DNA of 64,000 bases from Planctomycetota bacterium (GCA_965222115.1 CBDCTJ010000001.1:160001-224000); one strand, 5' to 3'; counted from the first letter of the stretch, positions 1 through 9,839 are shown. The notes: generated from the letters alone by a model not told the origin. Program-made: numbers and translations.

Positions 1-4
1 CCAC

Positions 5-946
5 GTGGGCCGTTTCCTTAATCCCATGCAGGGGCACAAGGGTTCCCTCTTCTTCTACGTCCCGATCGTATTGCTAGGACTTGTCCCGTGGCTTCCGTAC
101 GTCCTTGGCGGCATGAACACCAAACTTCGGTCGCGGCTAAATCCAGATGCGCAACGAACGCTCCTCTTGTTCGGCATCTTTGCGGGCTTGACGTTCGTGT
201 TTTTCAGCGTGGCTGCCACGAAGCTTCCCAACTACGTGGCGCCCGTCTTTCCTGCCCTCTCGTTGTTCGGCGCCGTCCTACTCGACGACGAGCGAAAACA
301 CGCGGAACGCAATGAATCGCCGCGCACGTGGCTTTACAAGGGTCAAATCCTTGCGTTGCTTGTCGTGGCCGCGCTTGCCATGTGTCATGTCTCGCTCACC
401 GAATGGGCGCAGACCGATCCCCATCGCAGAGCACTCCGCGAGCTACCGGGTCTGGCACAGCCGTTTGACGCGGGCGCGGGCCCCTACGCGTTGGGTGGCC
501 TCGCGATGCTCATTGCCGGACTGGTGTATTGGCTGTGGAAGCAGATTCAGCCGCGCATGGTAGCGGTCGTATTGGCCCTGGGTTCGGCTGCAATCTTAGC
601 CACCTGCGCGCACATGGTGTTCCCCAGATACGACCGACACTTTCAAGCACCACTTCGATACTTAGCCACCCATGCGGCTACCTCAACCGGACCGGACGAA
701 CGCATTCTCATGCTCGGCATACGCCATCGACCAAGCATGCTGTTTTATGGCACACGTGGCACGGAGTACTTCAGCGTGAAGCACCCCGAGAAACTTAAGG
801 CCGCCCTTGCCGAATCCGCCCCGCGAGTGGGCATTGTGCGAACGCGCGAAGAGGTTCAACTCGTGGATGTTGCGACCGTGCAACGTCTCCAGTCGAGTGG
901 TGGCTGGTCGCTCGTACGTGTATCGTCACTGCCGGATACGAAGTAA
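5..946 (+). CDS. ArnT/PMT-like (GT83-type) membrane glycosyltransferase, C-terminal part (likely 5'-truncated by window edge)
   Basis: Motifs 'GHKGSLFFYVPIVLLGLVPW' and 'FFSVAATKLPNYVAPVFPAL' typical of ArnT-family; multiple TM segments. Confidence 0.75.
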   Translation: MGRFLNPMQGHKGSLFFYVPIVLLGLVPWLPYVLGGMNTKLRSRLNPDAQRTLLLFGIFAGLTFVFFSVAATKLPNYVAPVFPALSLFGAVLLDDERKHAERNESPRTWLYKGQILALLVVAALAMCHVSLTEWAQTDPHRRALRELPGLAQPFDAGAGPYALGGLAMLIAGLVYWLWKQIQPRMVAVVLALGSAAILATCAHMVFPRYDRHFQAPLRYLATHAATSTGPDERILMLGIRHRPSMLFYGTRGTEYFSVKHPEKLKAALAESAPRVGIVRTREEVQLVDVATVQRLQSSGGWSLVRVSSLPDTK

Positions 947-1018
947 CGCTAGCAGCCGGGGAACCTACGTTCGGATCGGGATTCACGAAGCGTGTGGCAG
1001 CGGTGAAGCAGGCCCTCG

Positions 1019-1948
1019 TCAATCGTCGAAATCCTGGCGTATGAGCTTGTACACGTCCTCGAACGGTTCTTCGTGAGATAGATCCAAGAAACGCACCACA
1101 CCCGTCTCGGCCAACGCGGCCATCGCCTTGAACTCTCGCGCCATGATGGCTTTGTCATCTAGCGCCAGGCGAAAGGAGTGTCTAAGTAGCTCGATTAGTG
1201 CATCGCCCGCATTGCACGGATGTATGCGAGATGCCGACGCTTCAGGGCGAACGACATAGATGCGTCCAATGCGCGTGAATCCATCGCTAAACCGAATGTG
1301 GGGAACATCTTCTGGTATGAAGCGACGTTTGTCTGCGTAATCGGACACCCGCCTATCTTTGGCAACCGGTGGCAAGAGGCGCGCCGCGTCTCGCGGCCAA
1401 AGACGAATTCCCTGGTAGGTAGCGAGTGCGCTCCAAACGCCGTTCCGCTCTCGGACAACAAGCGAGTCATCCCCGAGATGTTCAAAGCCGCGCAGCGCGA
1501 AATTGAGCGCCAGTGTCGACTTCCCTGCGCCCGTCTCGCCGAGGAAAATGATCGTTCGTCCCTTGGAGGCCACGGCACTCCCATGGACCAAATGTCTTCC
1601 ATGCAATGTAAGAGCGCGGGGTATTGCGTTGTCCAGGAGATAGTGCTCCATCGTGATCGCCGAACAACTCGGCGCCGTCTTGACCACCATGCCGCTTCCA
1701 TTGCGCTTTATGTCTGCGAATAGTTCATTCCACACGACAAGCTTGTACGAATCGTGGGTGCTATGAATGGTAAAGGAGGACGTCTCATCCTCTTCGTCTT
1801 CATAGATGCATGCGCCACCGGGTGACGCCCCATCCCATGTATCGCCACGACGGATATCCAGTAGCGCCTGGCCGTTATCCGCGGTGGGCAAGACATCCGA
1901 TGCGTCCGACATCGAGACGACGATGTCTCCGAATTTGTAGCGCCTCAC
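1019..1948 (-). CDS. HPr-kinase-like lasso peptide kinase (PadeK/ThcoK-like)
   Basis: 'LVHGSAV...FLGETGAGKST...HLGDD' = His motif, Walker A and DD motif; lacks the HprK N-terminal domain; follows RRE and methyltransferase genes. Start placed at GTG 1948, just after the upstream stop (ORF track extends to 2092). Confidence 0.75.
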   Translation of the reverse strand: MRRYKFGDIVVSMSDASDVLPTADNGQALLDIRRGDTWDGASPGGACIYEDEEDETSSFTIHSTHDSYKLVVWNELFADIKRNGSGMVVKTAPSCSAITMEHYLLDNAIPRALTLHGRHLVHGSAVASKGRTIIFLGETGAGKSTLALNFALRGFEHLGDDSLVVRERNGVWSALATYQGIRLWPRDAARLLPPVAKDRRVSDYADKRRFIPEDVPHIRFSDGFTRIGRIYVVRPEASASRIHPCNAGDALIELLRHSFRLALDDKAIMAREFKAMAALAETGVVRFLDLSHEEPFEDVYKLIRQDFDD

Positions 1949-1958
1949 TGCAGAAACC

Positions 1959-3104
1959 CTACTCGGCGTACTTTTCCGCCAACTCTCGAACGAACTGGAG
2001 AGCTGCGTCGCGTGACGGATAGGACTTGGGCGACATTGATTGGACGACGTCGGCAATCTCTTCCGTACTTCCTGTTCCGTCCATCTTGCCAAGTGCCTCG
2101 CGTGCCGTACGGCCTTTAGGGGTCAATGTAGGCCGATAGCCGGATGCATGCTTGCGGGCCATGTCCGCGTTGAACGTCTCTCCCAAGAACTCGGATTGCC
2201 TCATGGTAATGTCCTTGCGACCTGTGCCTCGAACGCTCGCACGCCAAGTCCATATGTATCCGTCGTGCGTTCGCGAACCGCGGAAGCCTATCGTCAATTC
2301 GTCGCCACGGCGCAACTCAACCGCGTCCCGCAGCGGAAAATAGGCTCTTCCGTAGGCGGGCACAGGCATGCCCGGCGAGTTTCGCATTTGAATGTTTTCC
2401 GTGAGATCAGATTCAAACCAGACCTGAGCGGCATCCACCGTTACCGGCCGATGTGCGGTCCAGGTGGCCTGCCCATGAAAGTCCTGCTTAGGTTCTTCGC
2501 GGTATTCAAGTGTTGCCCAATGCCGTGCGGGAAGCACGACCTCTTCGGCTTCGACACATTGCTTCTGCCAGCTATGGACCATCGTTTCGACAAGCGCGGC
2601 CACGTCGATGCCAAAGTCCCAGTCGCCCCAAGGCCGCATGTGATTCGTCCACGTATCGGGTGCGTAAACGGGAGCCACAAACATGCGGTCCCTGAGCGCG
2701 ATCACGGCGGCATCGCTTGTCACAAGTCGGGTCCGGGCGTCGTGTACCGACTGCCAATTGGCTCCATGGTGGGGCATGGTGCCGCGCATATCGGATAAGA
2801 GCACGCTCCCTTGCTCTGGCAAGTCGACGTTGGTTGAAACGTCATGAATCGTGGTTACGCGATCGGCGAATCCCTCCTTCTTGATCAGTTGCTTCGCCAA
2901 TGAAATCGACGCCCTGTCCGACTCAATGGCGTACACATGTTTTGCGCCCGCACGACAGGCCAAGATCGTGAAAAAACCGGTCCCGGACCCAAGCTCCACA
3001 ACGACATCCCCAGCGCCCACCACTTCGTCGATGGCGTCGGCGTACGCAGGTGCGCGTACGGGATCGATCATCGTTCCATAAGCACGTATCGAATATCCAC
3101 TCAT
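1959..3104 (-). CDS. PRMT-like class I SAM-dependent methyltransferase with C-terminal RRE/wHTH-like segment
   Basis: 'MIDPVRAPAYADAI', SAM motif 'VVELGSGTG', 'AGAKHVYAIE', PRMT-like C-terminal beta region 'VWFES..SPG..YG..YFPL'; tail 'ALGKMDGTGSTEEIADVVQ...ALQFVREL'. Confidence 0.7.
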   Translation of the reverse strand: MSGYSIRAYGTMIDPVRAPAYADAIDEVVGAGDVVVELGSGTGFFTILACRAGAKHVYAIESDRASISLAKQLIKKEGFADRVTTIHDVSTNVDLPEQGSVLLSDMRGTMPHHGANWQSVHDARTRLVTSDAAVIALRDRMFVAPVYAPDTWTNHMRPWGDWDFGIDVAALVETMVHSWQKQCVEAEEVVLPARHWATLEYREEPKQDFHGQATWTAHRPVTVDAAQVWFESDLTENIQMRNSPGMPVPAYGRAYFPLRDAVELRRGDELTIGFRGSRTHDGYIWTWRASVRGTGRKDITMRQSEFLGETFNADMARKHASGYRPTLTPKGRTAREALGKMDGTGSTEEIADVVQSMSPKSYPSRDAALQFVRELAEKYAE

Positions 3105-3216
3105 GACGACTCCATCGAATGACGCAAAGAAGCCTTGCGATCAACTCGACCACGACGAAACGGGTGCGCGGGTCATAGAACGGGCAACCGCAAGCACGCG
3201 AAATTTGTCTTGCGAC

Positions 3217-3510
3217 CTAGGAGCCCGGCTCAGCAACGAGCAATCCCTTTTCAAGGAGCTGCTCGACAAGGGCATGAATATCCCCGTTCGCTCGGTCGCG
3301 TTCAACATCAAACTCGCTCGTAAGCTCGTCCAGTGTCCGGGCAATCGAACCGTGTTCGCTTATAGAAGTCCAAATAAACGTACCCACTTCATTGAGGCCG
3401 AAGTACGTCCCAGAGGCGAGGTCTACGAGCACCGACTCTTCCTCGGAGAACGAACGAAAGAGCACATCGGGGGAGACGCGAACGTCTCGAGTTGTCTTGG
3501 ATGCGGTCAT
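3217..3510 (-). CDS. PqqD-family RiPP recognition element (lasso B1)
   Basis: 97 aa; 'ESVLVDLASGTYFGLNEVGTFIW...FDVERDRANGDIHALVEQLLEKGLL' is a canonical RRE pattern. Confidence 0.9.
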   Translation of the reverse strand: MTASKTTRDVRVSPDVLFRSFSEEESVLVDLASGTYFGLNEVGTFIWTSISEHGSIARTLDELTSEFDVERDRANGDIHALVEQLLEKGLLVAEPGS

Positions 3511-3833
3511 AGGTCTGTCCCATCCCCCAAAATTGAGAACAACGATGAATCGCCGGTTGCATTCAACATGGGGAGCTTGCCCGAGGCAACCTCATGTCGC
3601 TCGAATACTCAAACTAGAGGAATTCGACCGGCCAATTGGACGGTCTACGAGGCGAAGCGCCTAAACATCCGCGTTCGAGCGGCACTACCTCTGAATTCGA
3701 CCTTGGCGGCTTCCGAACTGCCTTACAGACGGGCGCACAGTTGCACCGCACATCGAGGAATCCCTCGCCCATGAAGGGTCCGTACGTAGCATTTATGAGC
3801 CCCGTCACGGGGTGCGGAGCTCTGGGAGGAGTC

Positions 3834-4961
3834 ATGGTTCGGATCGCGCTCACAATCCTCGCTGCAATGTTGATCTCGGGATGCGCAGCCCCATTTCTTC
3901 AACGTCCGCAGGCGGCTGACGACTGCCCCTCCTGCCAGCCCGCCTTGAGCGACGAGATCGCAAAGTCGGCATTCGCACACACGGCCGAACCCGATTCCGG
4001 CGACACCTACTACGGCGCCGGCGGGCACCTGATCCCCAGCATCGGCGCGTCGATTCACGGTGGCCGCGTCATTCGTCGCACCAAGGACTGGACACTGGCG
4101 CTTGAAGCCGAGTTGATGGGCCATTTCATTGACGACGAGGCGTTCGTGGACGACGGCAACCCGGCTGCGGACCCCTTCATTCAACTCAAGACGGGTGTGA
4201 AGTTTCGCTCCAACCCCTCGGGCTTTCGCCACTGGACGGCACGAGCCGGTCTCACCTACTTTTACGCGGGGAAAGACCCCAATATTGTCCAGGACGAGGG
4301 CAGCTACCTCGGCGTCTACGGCGGAATTGGTTACGAGACGGACATTACCCAAAACATCACGGTGGGCCCGGAGCTGAGCCTCACGGTCGCATCCAAAGCC
4401 GACGAAATCGACTTCAGTCATGGCGTCGTGCCAACGCTTTCGTGGCGCGTGACGTGGTGGCCGGGTGGAAACGGATGCTCCCTTGACCGCTGGCGCAAGC
4501 CCGGCGAACTCTACATGGACCTTGCGGCAATGGCACTGCCGTCCATAGGCGGCGGTTTCGGTTTCGGCCAGGTGTTCTCGCGCGAAGACGGTAAAACGTG
4601 GTCCTTTGAAGCCTTGGCGGGTCTCCAGTCGCTCGACGACGGCACGCTTTGGGCCGACTCCGATGGAGAGTTTGGTCAGTTCCGTGGCGGCGTCAAGGTT
4701 GCGTTTGCCGACCGGGGCATGGGCCACTGGGTCGGCCGCGCGGGGCTCGCCTTCTTAAGAAACACGGGCGAGATTCAGGGCTTTTCCGACACCGGCGACT
4801 ACTTCGGTGGCTATGTAGGCATCGGCTACGAGTTTGAAATCAATAAGTGGCTCACGATGGGTCCCGAGATCTCTCTCACCGTGGCCGACAAGGAAGGCCT
4901 CAGCGACATCGACATTGAGGTGCTGCCGCAGTTCCTCTGGCACGTCATCATCAAGTTCTAG
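3834..4961 (+). CDS. Putative lipoprotein with two tandem outer-membrane beta-barrel-like repeats
   Basis: GGAGG RBS before ATG 3834; lipobox 'LISGC'; internal repeat 'GSYLGVYGGIGYE..ITVGPELSLTVA' / 'GDYFGGYVGIGYE..LTMGPEISLTVA'; terminal Phe ('WHVIIKF'). Confidence 0.6.
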   Translation: MVRIALTILAAMLISGCAAPFLQRPQAADDCPSCQPALSDEIAKSAFAHTAEPDSGDTYYGAGGHLIPSIGASIHGGRVIRRTKDWTLALEAELMGHFIDDEAFVDDGNPAADPFIQLKTGVKFRSNPSGFRHWTARAGLTYFYAGKDPNIVQDEGSYLGVYGGIGYETDITQNITVGPELSLTVASKADEIDFSHGVVPTLSWRVTWWPGGNGCSLDRWRKPGELYMDLAAMALPSIGGGFGFGQVFSREDGKTWSFEALAGLQSLDDGTLWADSDGEFGQFRGGVKVAFADRGMGHWVGRAGLAFLRNTGEIQGFSDTGDYFGGYVGIGYEFEINKWLTMGPEISLTVADKEGLSDIDIEVLPQFLWHVIIKF

Positions 4962-4980
4962 ACCGCGCAAAGACTCCTGG

Positions 4981-6117
4981 ATGGCACGTATCCTGCAGGT
5001 CTGCAACACGGAATTCTACCTCCGTGGTTTCCTAATGCCTCTCGTTCATGGCCTTCGAGATCGCGGACACGACGTGGAGGCGGTGTGTGGCACCACGAGT
5101 GATAAGACGATCGAAGGCGTGCAAGTCCATTCGTTTTCATTTCCGCAATCACCGAACCCCTTGACGTTCTTTCGTTGTATTCGACGATTCCGTACATTCC
5201 TAAGGCAACATCGCTACAACGTAGTCAACGCGCACAATCGCAATGCGAGCATCGTAGCGCGCATCGCCGCATGGATGGAGCCTGTTCCACACAACATCTA
5301 CACGGCACACGGATTCTATTTCCATGACAATCAGTCGCGTGCAGCGTACGAAATGACTGTGCTTCTTGAGCGCGCGCTTTCGTGGACCAACACGCACACA
5401 TTCAGCCAGAGCCGAGAGGACCTCGATCGACTGGCGCGACGAGGCGCGTCCCTGATCCGCCGATCGCATTGGATTGGCAACGGGATCGATCAAGCGCGAT
5501 TCGAACGTCGCAGAGGCAAACGTGAAGCAGAGGCGAGCCTTGGCCTCGAACCGGACGTGTTTCGGATCGCGACGGTTGGACGCATCGTGCGTGGCAAGGG
5601 ACTCGAGGATCTCGTTGGCGTGCTACCCAGGCTTCGCGATCGCATCCCAAACGCCCGCCTGTTGATCATTGGCGGCAACATCGATCTAGACATCGAGCCC
5701 TGGGCCGAGGAGCTCTTCGCTTCTATCGACGCACGGGGACTACGTGAGTACGTACACGTCACGGGGCTCACGGATCGTGTGCCGGACTACTTGGAGGCGT
5801 CCGATGTGTACGTGTCGCCTTCCCGCCGCGAGGGCATTTCTCGATCCATGCTTGAAGCCATGTCGTTGCCACTCCCCGTCATCGCGACGCGCGTACGTGG
5901 CGCGCGCGAGGTCCTTCGACATGGGGAGAATGGCCTGCTGTACTCGCCGGGAGACTTGAAGGCGCTCGCCCAACGAATCGGGTCGTTGGCGTCAAACGCT
6001 CGACTCCGCGACGATCTCATGAAGGCGGCTAGACTGACGGTTGAGCGCACCTATACGCAAACCGCCTATGTTGAACGCCAGATCCGCGCCATTGATGAGA
6101 TTCTCCCAATCGCTTGA
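4981..6117 (+). CDS. Glycosyltransferase family 4
   Basis: 'IYTAHGFYF', 'IGNGID', 'VGRIVRGKG', 'PSRREGISRSMLEAMS'; start at MARILQ. Confidence 0.9.
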   Translation: MARILQVCNTEFYLRGFLMPLVHGLRDRGHDVEAVCGTTSDKTIEGVQVHSFSFPQSPNPLTFFRCIRRFRTFLRQHRYNVVNAHNRNASIVARIAAWMEPVPHNIYTAHGFYFHDNQSRAAYEMTVLLERALSWTNTHTFSQSREDLDRLARRGASLIRRSHWIGNGIDQARFERRRGKREAEASLGLEPDVFRIATVGRIVRGKGLEDLVGVLPRLRDRIPNARLLIIGGNIDLDIEPWAEELFASIDARGLREYVHVTGLTDRVPDYLEASDVYVSPSRREGISRSMLEAMSLPLPVIATRVRGAREVLRHGENGLLYSPGDLKALAQRIGSLASNARLRDDLMKAARLTVERTYTQTAYVERQIRAIDEILPIA

Positions 6118-6160
6118 TTCCCCGGGGATTCCGGCACTGAGAACTAGCTACCCACCAGAA

Positions 6161-6190
6161 ATGCGCGGGCGGACAAAGCCACCCGCGCAT
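6161..6190. terminator. Hairpin between convergent genes (putative terminator)
   Basis: ATGCGCGGG...CCCGCGCAT 9-bp perfect stem between stops at 6117 (+) and 6248 (-). Confidence 0.5.
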
Positions 6191-6247
6191 GTAGATACGT
6201 GATGTCACTACGCGCAGCGTAGCGCGCGAGACAGCTGATTGTTCAGC

Positions 6248-7420
6248 CTAGAAGTGCCAAGTGACGTGCCACTTGAGCATGGGGAATGAGGCGTCATCAC
6301 CACCGTGGGAAATGTTGGTTCCATAGACGAACGCAACTTCCGGCCCGGTCGAGATGTTGTCGGTGATGAACCAATCGAATCCGATGCCGGCATAGGCGCC
6401 GAGGTAGGAACCGTCGTTATCCACTGAGACCGTGTCCCAGCTAATGCGAATCGGTTCGCCGGTAAACTCAAACAACGTGGCGCCAGCGCGCACGAACGGA
6501 CGGAACGCGGAGTTTTTGTTTCCAAAAGCAAACTTGGCACCAAGGCGCAACGCCCAGAACTTCCCTGTCTCGGGCTCCTCCAGGATTTCCTCCCAGAGAT
6601 CTTGGTACGTGGTACTTACCTCAAGGGAAGTCGTTGCTCCGAAGTAGGTGCCAATCTCCTTACCCACGGTGATGCTGCCACCAATACCGGGGGAAATCTC
6701 GAACGCGCCCTCGACATACCACTTGTCGCAACAGCTCTTGCACGCGCAGACGGGCTTCTTCTTGCAGCACGTCTTCTTCTTGCATGCGCCACAAGCTGCT
6801 GCGGGCGAGGTGCGCGGGGCTACACCGCGGTCACTGCGCATAATGGTGGTACCGGCGATGGGCGCAGGCGTCACGTAGGGTTGCGCCATTGGCGTTGCGT
6901 AAGGCGTTGCCGGGTAGGCCGATGCGTAACCCGTAGCCGGCGCGGGTGAATAGGGCACGACCGGGGCAGGAGCGTAGTACGGAGCAGGAGTCGGGGTATA
7001 GGGAACCACAGGAACCGGCTCGCTGTAGGGGATGCTCTCGCTTGGCATAGGTACCGTTTCGGTGTACGGCGCCGGCATGCCATTCGAAGCTCCCTCAGCA
7101 GGGGGAAGTGGCACCGGCTCACCGGCCGGAGGTGCGTCTTCCGTAGCAAGTCGACTTACGTCATTCGAGGGTGCGACAACAACACCTTCCGTAGTCACGC
7201 CGGTCGTTGTGGCGTTCGCGGAACCCATCGCGCCGGTCGAATCCGCAGACGGCGCATTGATCGTCGCGAGTGCGTTGCCCTGTGCAGGCAATACGCCGTA
7301 GTCCAAGTCGGAACCGGAACCAAAGATGGCCCCCGATCGCTCGACACTCGATGCGCAGGCCGAAAGTCCAATGGCCGCCGCGAAGCACGCGCAAAGCGCT
7401 ACTGTGCGAATCATGTTCAC
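6248..7420 (-). CDS. Putative lipoprotein: Pro/Tyr-rich linker, Cys/Lys cluster and C-terminal beta-barrel (paralog of 3834..4961 repeats)
   Basis: Lipobox 'GLSAC'; 'CGACKKKTCCKKKPVCACKSCC'; 'GSYLGAYAGIGFDWFITDNISTGPEV...LKWHVTWHF'. Confidence 0.6.
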   Translation of the reverse strand: MNMIRTVALCACFAAAIGLSACASSVERSGAIFGSGSDLDYGVLPAQGNALATINAPSADSTGAMGSANATTTGVTTEGVVVAPSNDVSRLATEDAPPAGEPVPLPPAEGASNGMPAPYTETVPMPSESIPYSEPVPVVPYTPTPAPYYAPAPVVPYSPAPATGYASAYPATPYATPMAQPYVTPAPIAGTTIMRSDRGVAPRTSPAAACGACKKKTCCKKKPVCACKSCCDKWYVEGAFEISPGIGGSITVGKEIGTYFGATTSLEVSTTYQDLWEEILEEPETGKFWALRLGAKFAFGNKNSAFRPFVRAGATLFEFTGEPIRISWDTVSVDNDGSYLGAYAGIGFDWFITDNISTGPEVAFVYGTNISHGGDDASFPMLKWHVTWHF

Positions 7421-7607
7421 CCTCCCTCAAGATGCACGCCGCCCTCCTGGGACGTACCCTCGTGTGAATCGTCTAAGCTAGTTGAGTCGGTTGAAATGAT
7501 CCATTCATGCGCCCGCTGCTTCACAAGAAACGAGAAGGGAGGCGGCCGCCAGAGCTCATCGAATACGCTTACGTAGCGTGCTGTTCGGCTTGCTCATTGG
7601 TATCTCG

Positions 7608-8042
7608 TTAGCCCAGCTTTCCCAACCGAGTGTGACGACCCGGTCCCTCACCAACCGTTGGCGTTCCGTCAACCTCAACCCACGCATGGGCGCCAAAGTC
7701 CTGTTTCTTCCCACTTGCTGCGATATGAATCTCACTCGATACACCTGCCTGCGCATAGAGCGCCCGTGCGCCGAGGGCTTGCGGCAAACAAGACGCGCGC
7801 GGGACAAAGCGCGGCGTGGACGAAACGGCGGATTCGATCTCGGGTGGAGGCACACGAGACGATGCACGTAACTGGGGCGTGTACGCCGCCCCTCGACCCA
7901 AGAGCGCCAACGTCTTCTTGGTGCCGACCACGTTCAAGCTCATGCGGGCCGCGGCCACCCAAACAATAGCCCAAAATCGGATCTGGCCTCGTCGAATGCT
8001 GCGGGGACGTCGGGTGACAGGAAAGCGCACGGTTGCCCTCAC
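7608..8042 (-). CDS. Lasso peptide leader peptidase B2 (transglutaminase-like)
   Basis: Catalytic 'SCLPQAL' and 'FGAHAWVEVDG' motifs; 144 aa; exact start uncertain. Confidence 0.88.
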   Translation of the reverse strand: MRATVRFPVTRRPRSIRRGQIRFWAIVWVAAARMSLNVVGTKKTLALLGRGAAYTPQLRASSRVPPPEIESAVSSTPRFVPRASCLPQALGARALYAQAGVSSEIHIAASGKKQDFGAHAWVEVDGTPTVGEGPGRHTRLGKLG

Positions 8043-8078
8043 GGTGAGCGCCGCGTCATGAGTAGAGGATTACCTACC

Positions 8079-9839
8079 TCAAGCCAGCGGAACGTCATCG
8101 AACGGACCCTTCACGACGCGAACATGTCCGCGCTCTACGAGTAGACACCGATCGGCCGAGTTAAGAGTGCTTCGTCGGTGCGCAATGATGAACGTCGTTC
8201 GCCCCTCCATGAGCCGCTTCAGCGCGCCCAAGATTTCACGTTCCGTATCGACGTCGAGAGCACTCGTCGGTTCGTCGAGTATCAGTATCGGGGCATCGCG
8301 CAAGAACGCGCGCGCAATTGCAACGCGCTGCCGCTCGCCGCCGGAGAGCTTCACGCCACGCTCGCCAACCTGCGTGTCATATCCCTCGGGCATCGCTGAG
8401 ATAAACGCATGCGCGGAAGCGCGCCGGGCGGCATCTTCAACTTGTTCGCGGGAGGCATGTACATCGCCGACGATGATGTTGTCCACAATCGAACCGGAAA
8501 ACAGAACCGGGTCTTGTTGAACAATGGCGAACTGTCTCCTGAGATCTGCAAGAGCAATCGATCGAATGTCGACGCCATCCAGACTCACACTGCCCGAAAG
8601 AGGATCGTAAAACCGCGGAAGAAGCGAGAGCAATGTGCTCTTCCCCGATCCGGTGCGCCCGGCCACGCCCACGCAACTCCCGGCGGGAATCTCCGCGCTC
8701 ACGGCGTCAAGGACATGCCGCCCGTCTCCGTAACCAAAACGCACATCGCGCAGTGAGACATCGCCGCGGGCCCGATCGAGCCTTTTTGGATGCACCGCAT
8801 CTAAAATCTCCGGTTCTTCGTCGAATACGTCATAGACCCGGCTCACGCGAGCCAAAGCGCTTTGCAGATCGGCTACGCTTGCGCCAAGTGCTCGAATCGG
8901 TGCGTAGAGTTGAGACAGATACGTAAGCGCCATTAAGAGCTCGCCCAAAGTGATTTTGCCCTGCAACACGTGGCGCGTCCCTACGACCAATACTAGCGCG
9001 CCCCCTATAGCTGCGGCCATGCCCATGAGGAAGCCAAGTGCGTTTCGCGCGCGTACGGCCCCCATTTGATCATTGATGGCCGAGCGGTTCTTCTCGATGT
9101 GTGCCGCCTGCTGACGGGACTCCAGTCCATAGGCCTTTACCACGCGGATCGCGTTCAAAGATTCTGACACGATCGAAAGCGCAGCACTGTCGCTCTCATG
9201 CGCGGTCCGCCATCTACGCCTGAGCGCCCGCCGAAACATCTCCACCAAAACGAATACAACGGGCGCCCCGAGCAACGCAATGCCCACGAGCGTCGCATCG
9301 ATCTGCGCAGTAACGATTAGCAACAGCACGACCTTGGCCAGAAGAGGCATCATGGTGAGCATGCCTTCCATGACAACACTCTGAATGGCATACACATCAA
9401 CTTGCGCGCGATAGAGCAGATCCGAAGTTTTGTTGCGCTGATGAAACGCGAGCGACAAACGCTGCAAGTGGCCCAGAAGTTTCGCGCGAAAGTTCCGCAC
9501 GAGGTGCTCACTCGTCCATGAGTAATAAACCCAGTAGAAGTAGCGCCTCACGAGCGTAACGATCGCGATCACCACTAGCCCTACCGCGCAGAGGTAAAGC
9601 AACGCCTCTCCGTCCTGGGTCCACGACGTGAGAAGCCAGTTGGTGAGGTAGTCGGGTGCCGGCTCATCCCCAATCACACAGTCAACGACGATTTGAAGCG
9701 GAATTGGAAACAGTAGCGCCAGGGGCGCCGCGAGCAGCCCAAGCACCAACAACGCCGCCAAGTGTTTCCAAAGCGGACGCGCCTCACGAAAGAGCCGGCG
9801 ATAGAGTGTCCAGTCACCAAGGCGTGTGTATGGAGACAT
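8079..9839 (-). CDS. ABC exporter, fused permease/ATPase (candidate lasso D)
   Basis: N-terminal TM domain; Walker A 'GRTGSGKST', 'LSGGERQR', 'ILDEPTSALD'; directly upstream of B2. Confidence 0.9.
   Translation of the reverse strand: MSPYTRLGDWTLYRRLFREARPLWKHLAALLVLGLLAAPLALLFPIPLQIVVDCVIGDEPAPDYLTNWLLTSWTQDGEALLYLCAVGLVVIAIVTLVRRYFYWVYYSWTSEHLVRNFRAKLLGHLQRLSLAFHQRNKTSDLLYRAQVDVYAIQSVVMEGMLTMMPLLAKVVLLLIVTAQIDATLVGIALLGAPVVFVLVEMFRRALRRRWRTAHESDSAALSIVSESLNAIRVVKAYGLESRQQAAHIEKNRSAINDQMGAVRARNALGFLMGMAAAIGGALVLVVGTRHVLQGKITLGELLMALTYLSQLYAPIRALGASVADLQSALARVSRVYDVFDEEPEILDAVHPKRLDRARGDVSLRDVRFGYGDGRHVLDAVSAEIPAGSCVGVAGRTGSGKSTLLSLLPRFYDPLSGSVSLDGVDIRSIALADLRRQFAIVQQDPVLFSGSIVDNIIVGDVHASREQVEDAARRASAHAFISAMPEGYDTQVGERGVKLSGGERQRVAIARAFLRDAPILILDEPTSALDVDTEREILGALKRLMEGRTTFIIAHRRSTLNSADRCLLVERGHVRVVKGPFDDVPLA

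Noticed and set aside
1019-2092. Housekeeping HPr kinase/phosphorylase (hprK), and the longer 2092 start
   Set aside because: No HprK N-terminal domain and RiPP context; the longer start overlaps the methyltransferase by over 130 nt
3723-4727. Long antisense ORFs (also 11127..12182, 36072..37187, 55778..56890, 58209..59096, 61188..62021)
   Set aside because: Shadows of well-supported genes on the opposite strand, expected in GC-rich DNA; no motifs
4982-4997. Sigma54-like TGGCAC-N5-CTGCA
   Set aside because: Lies in the first codons of the GT4 gene with no downstream target; probably chance
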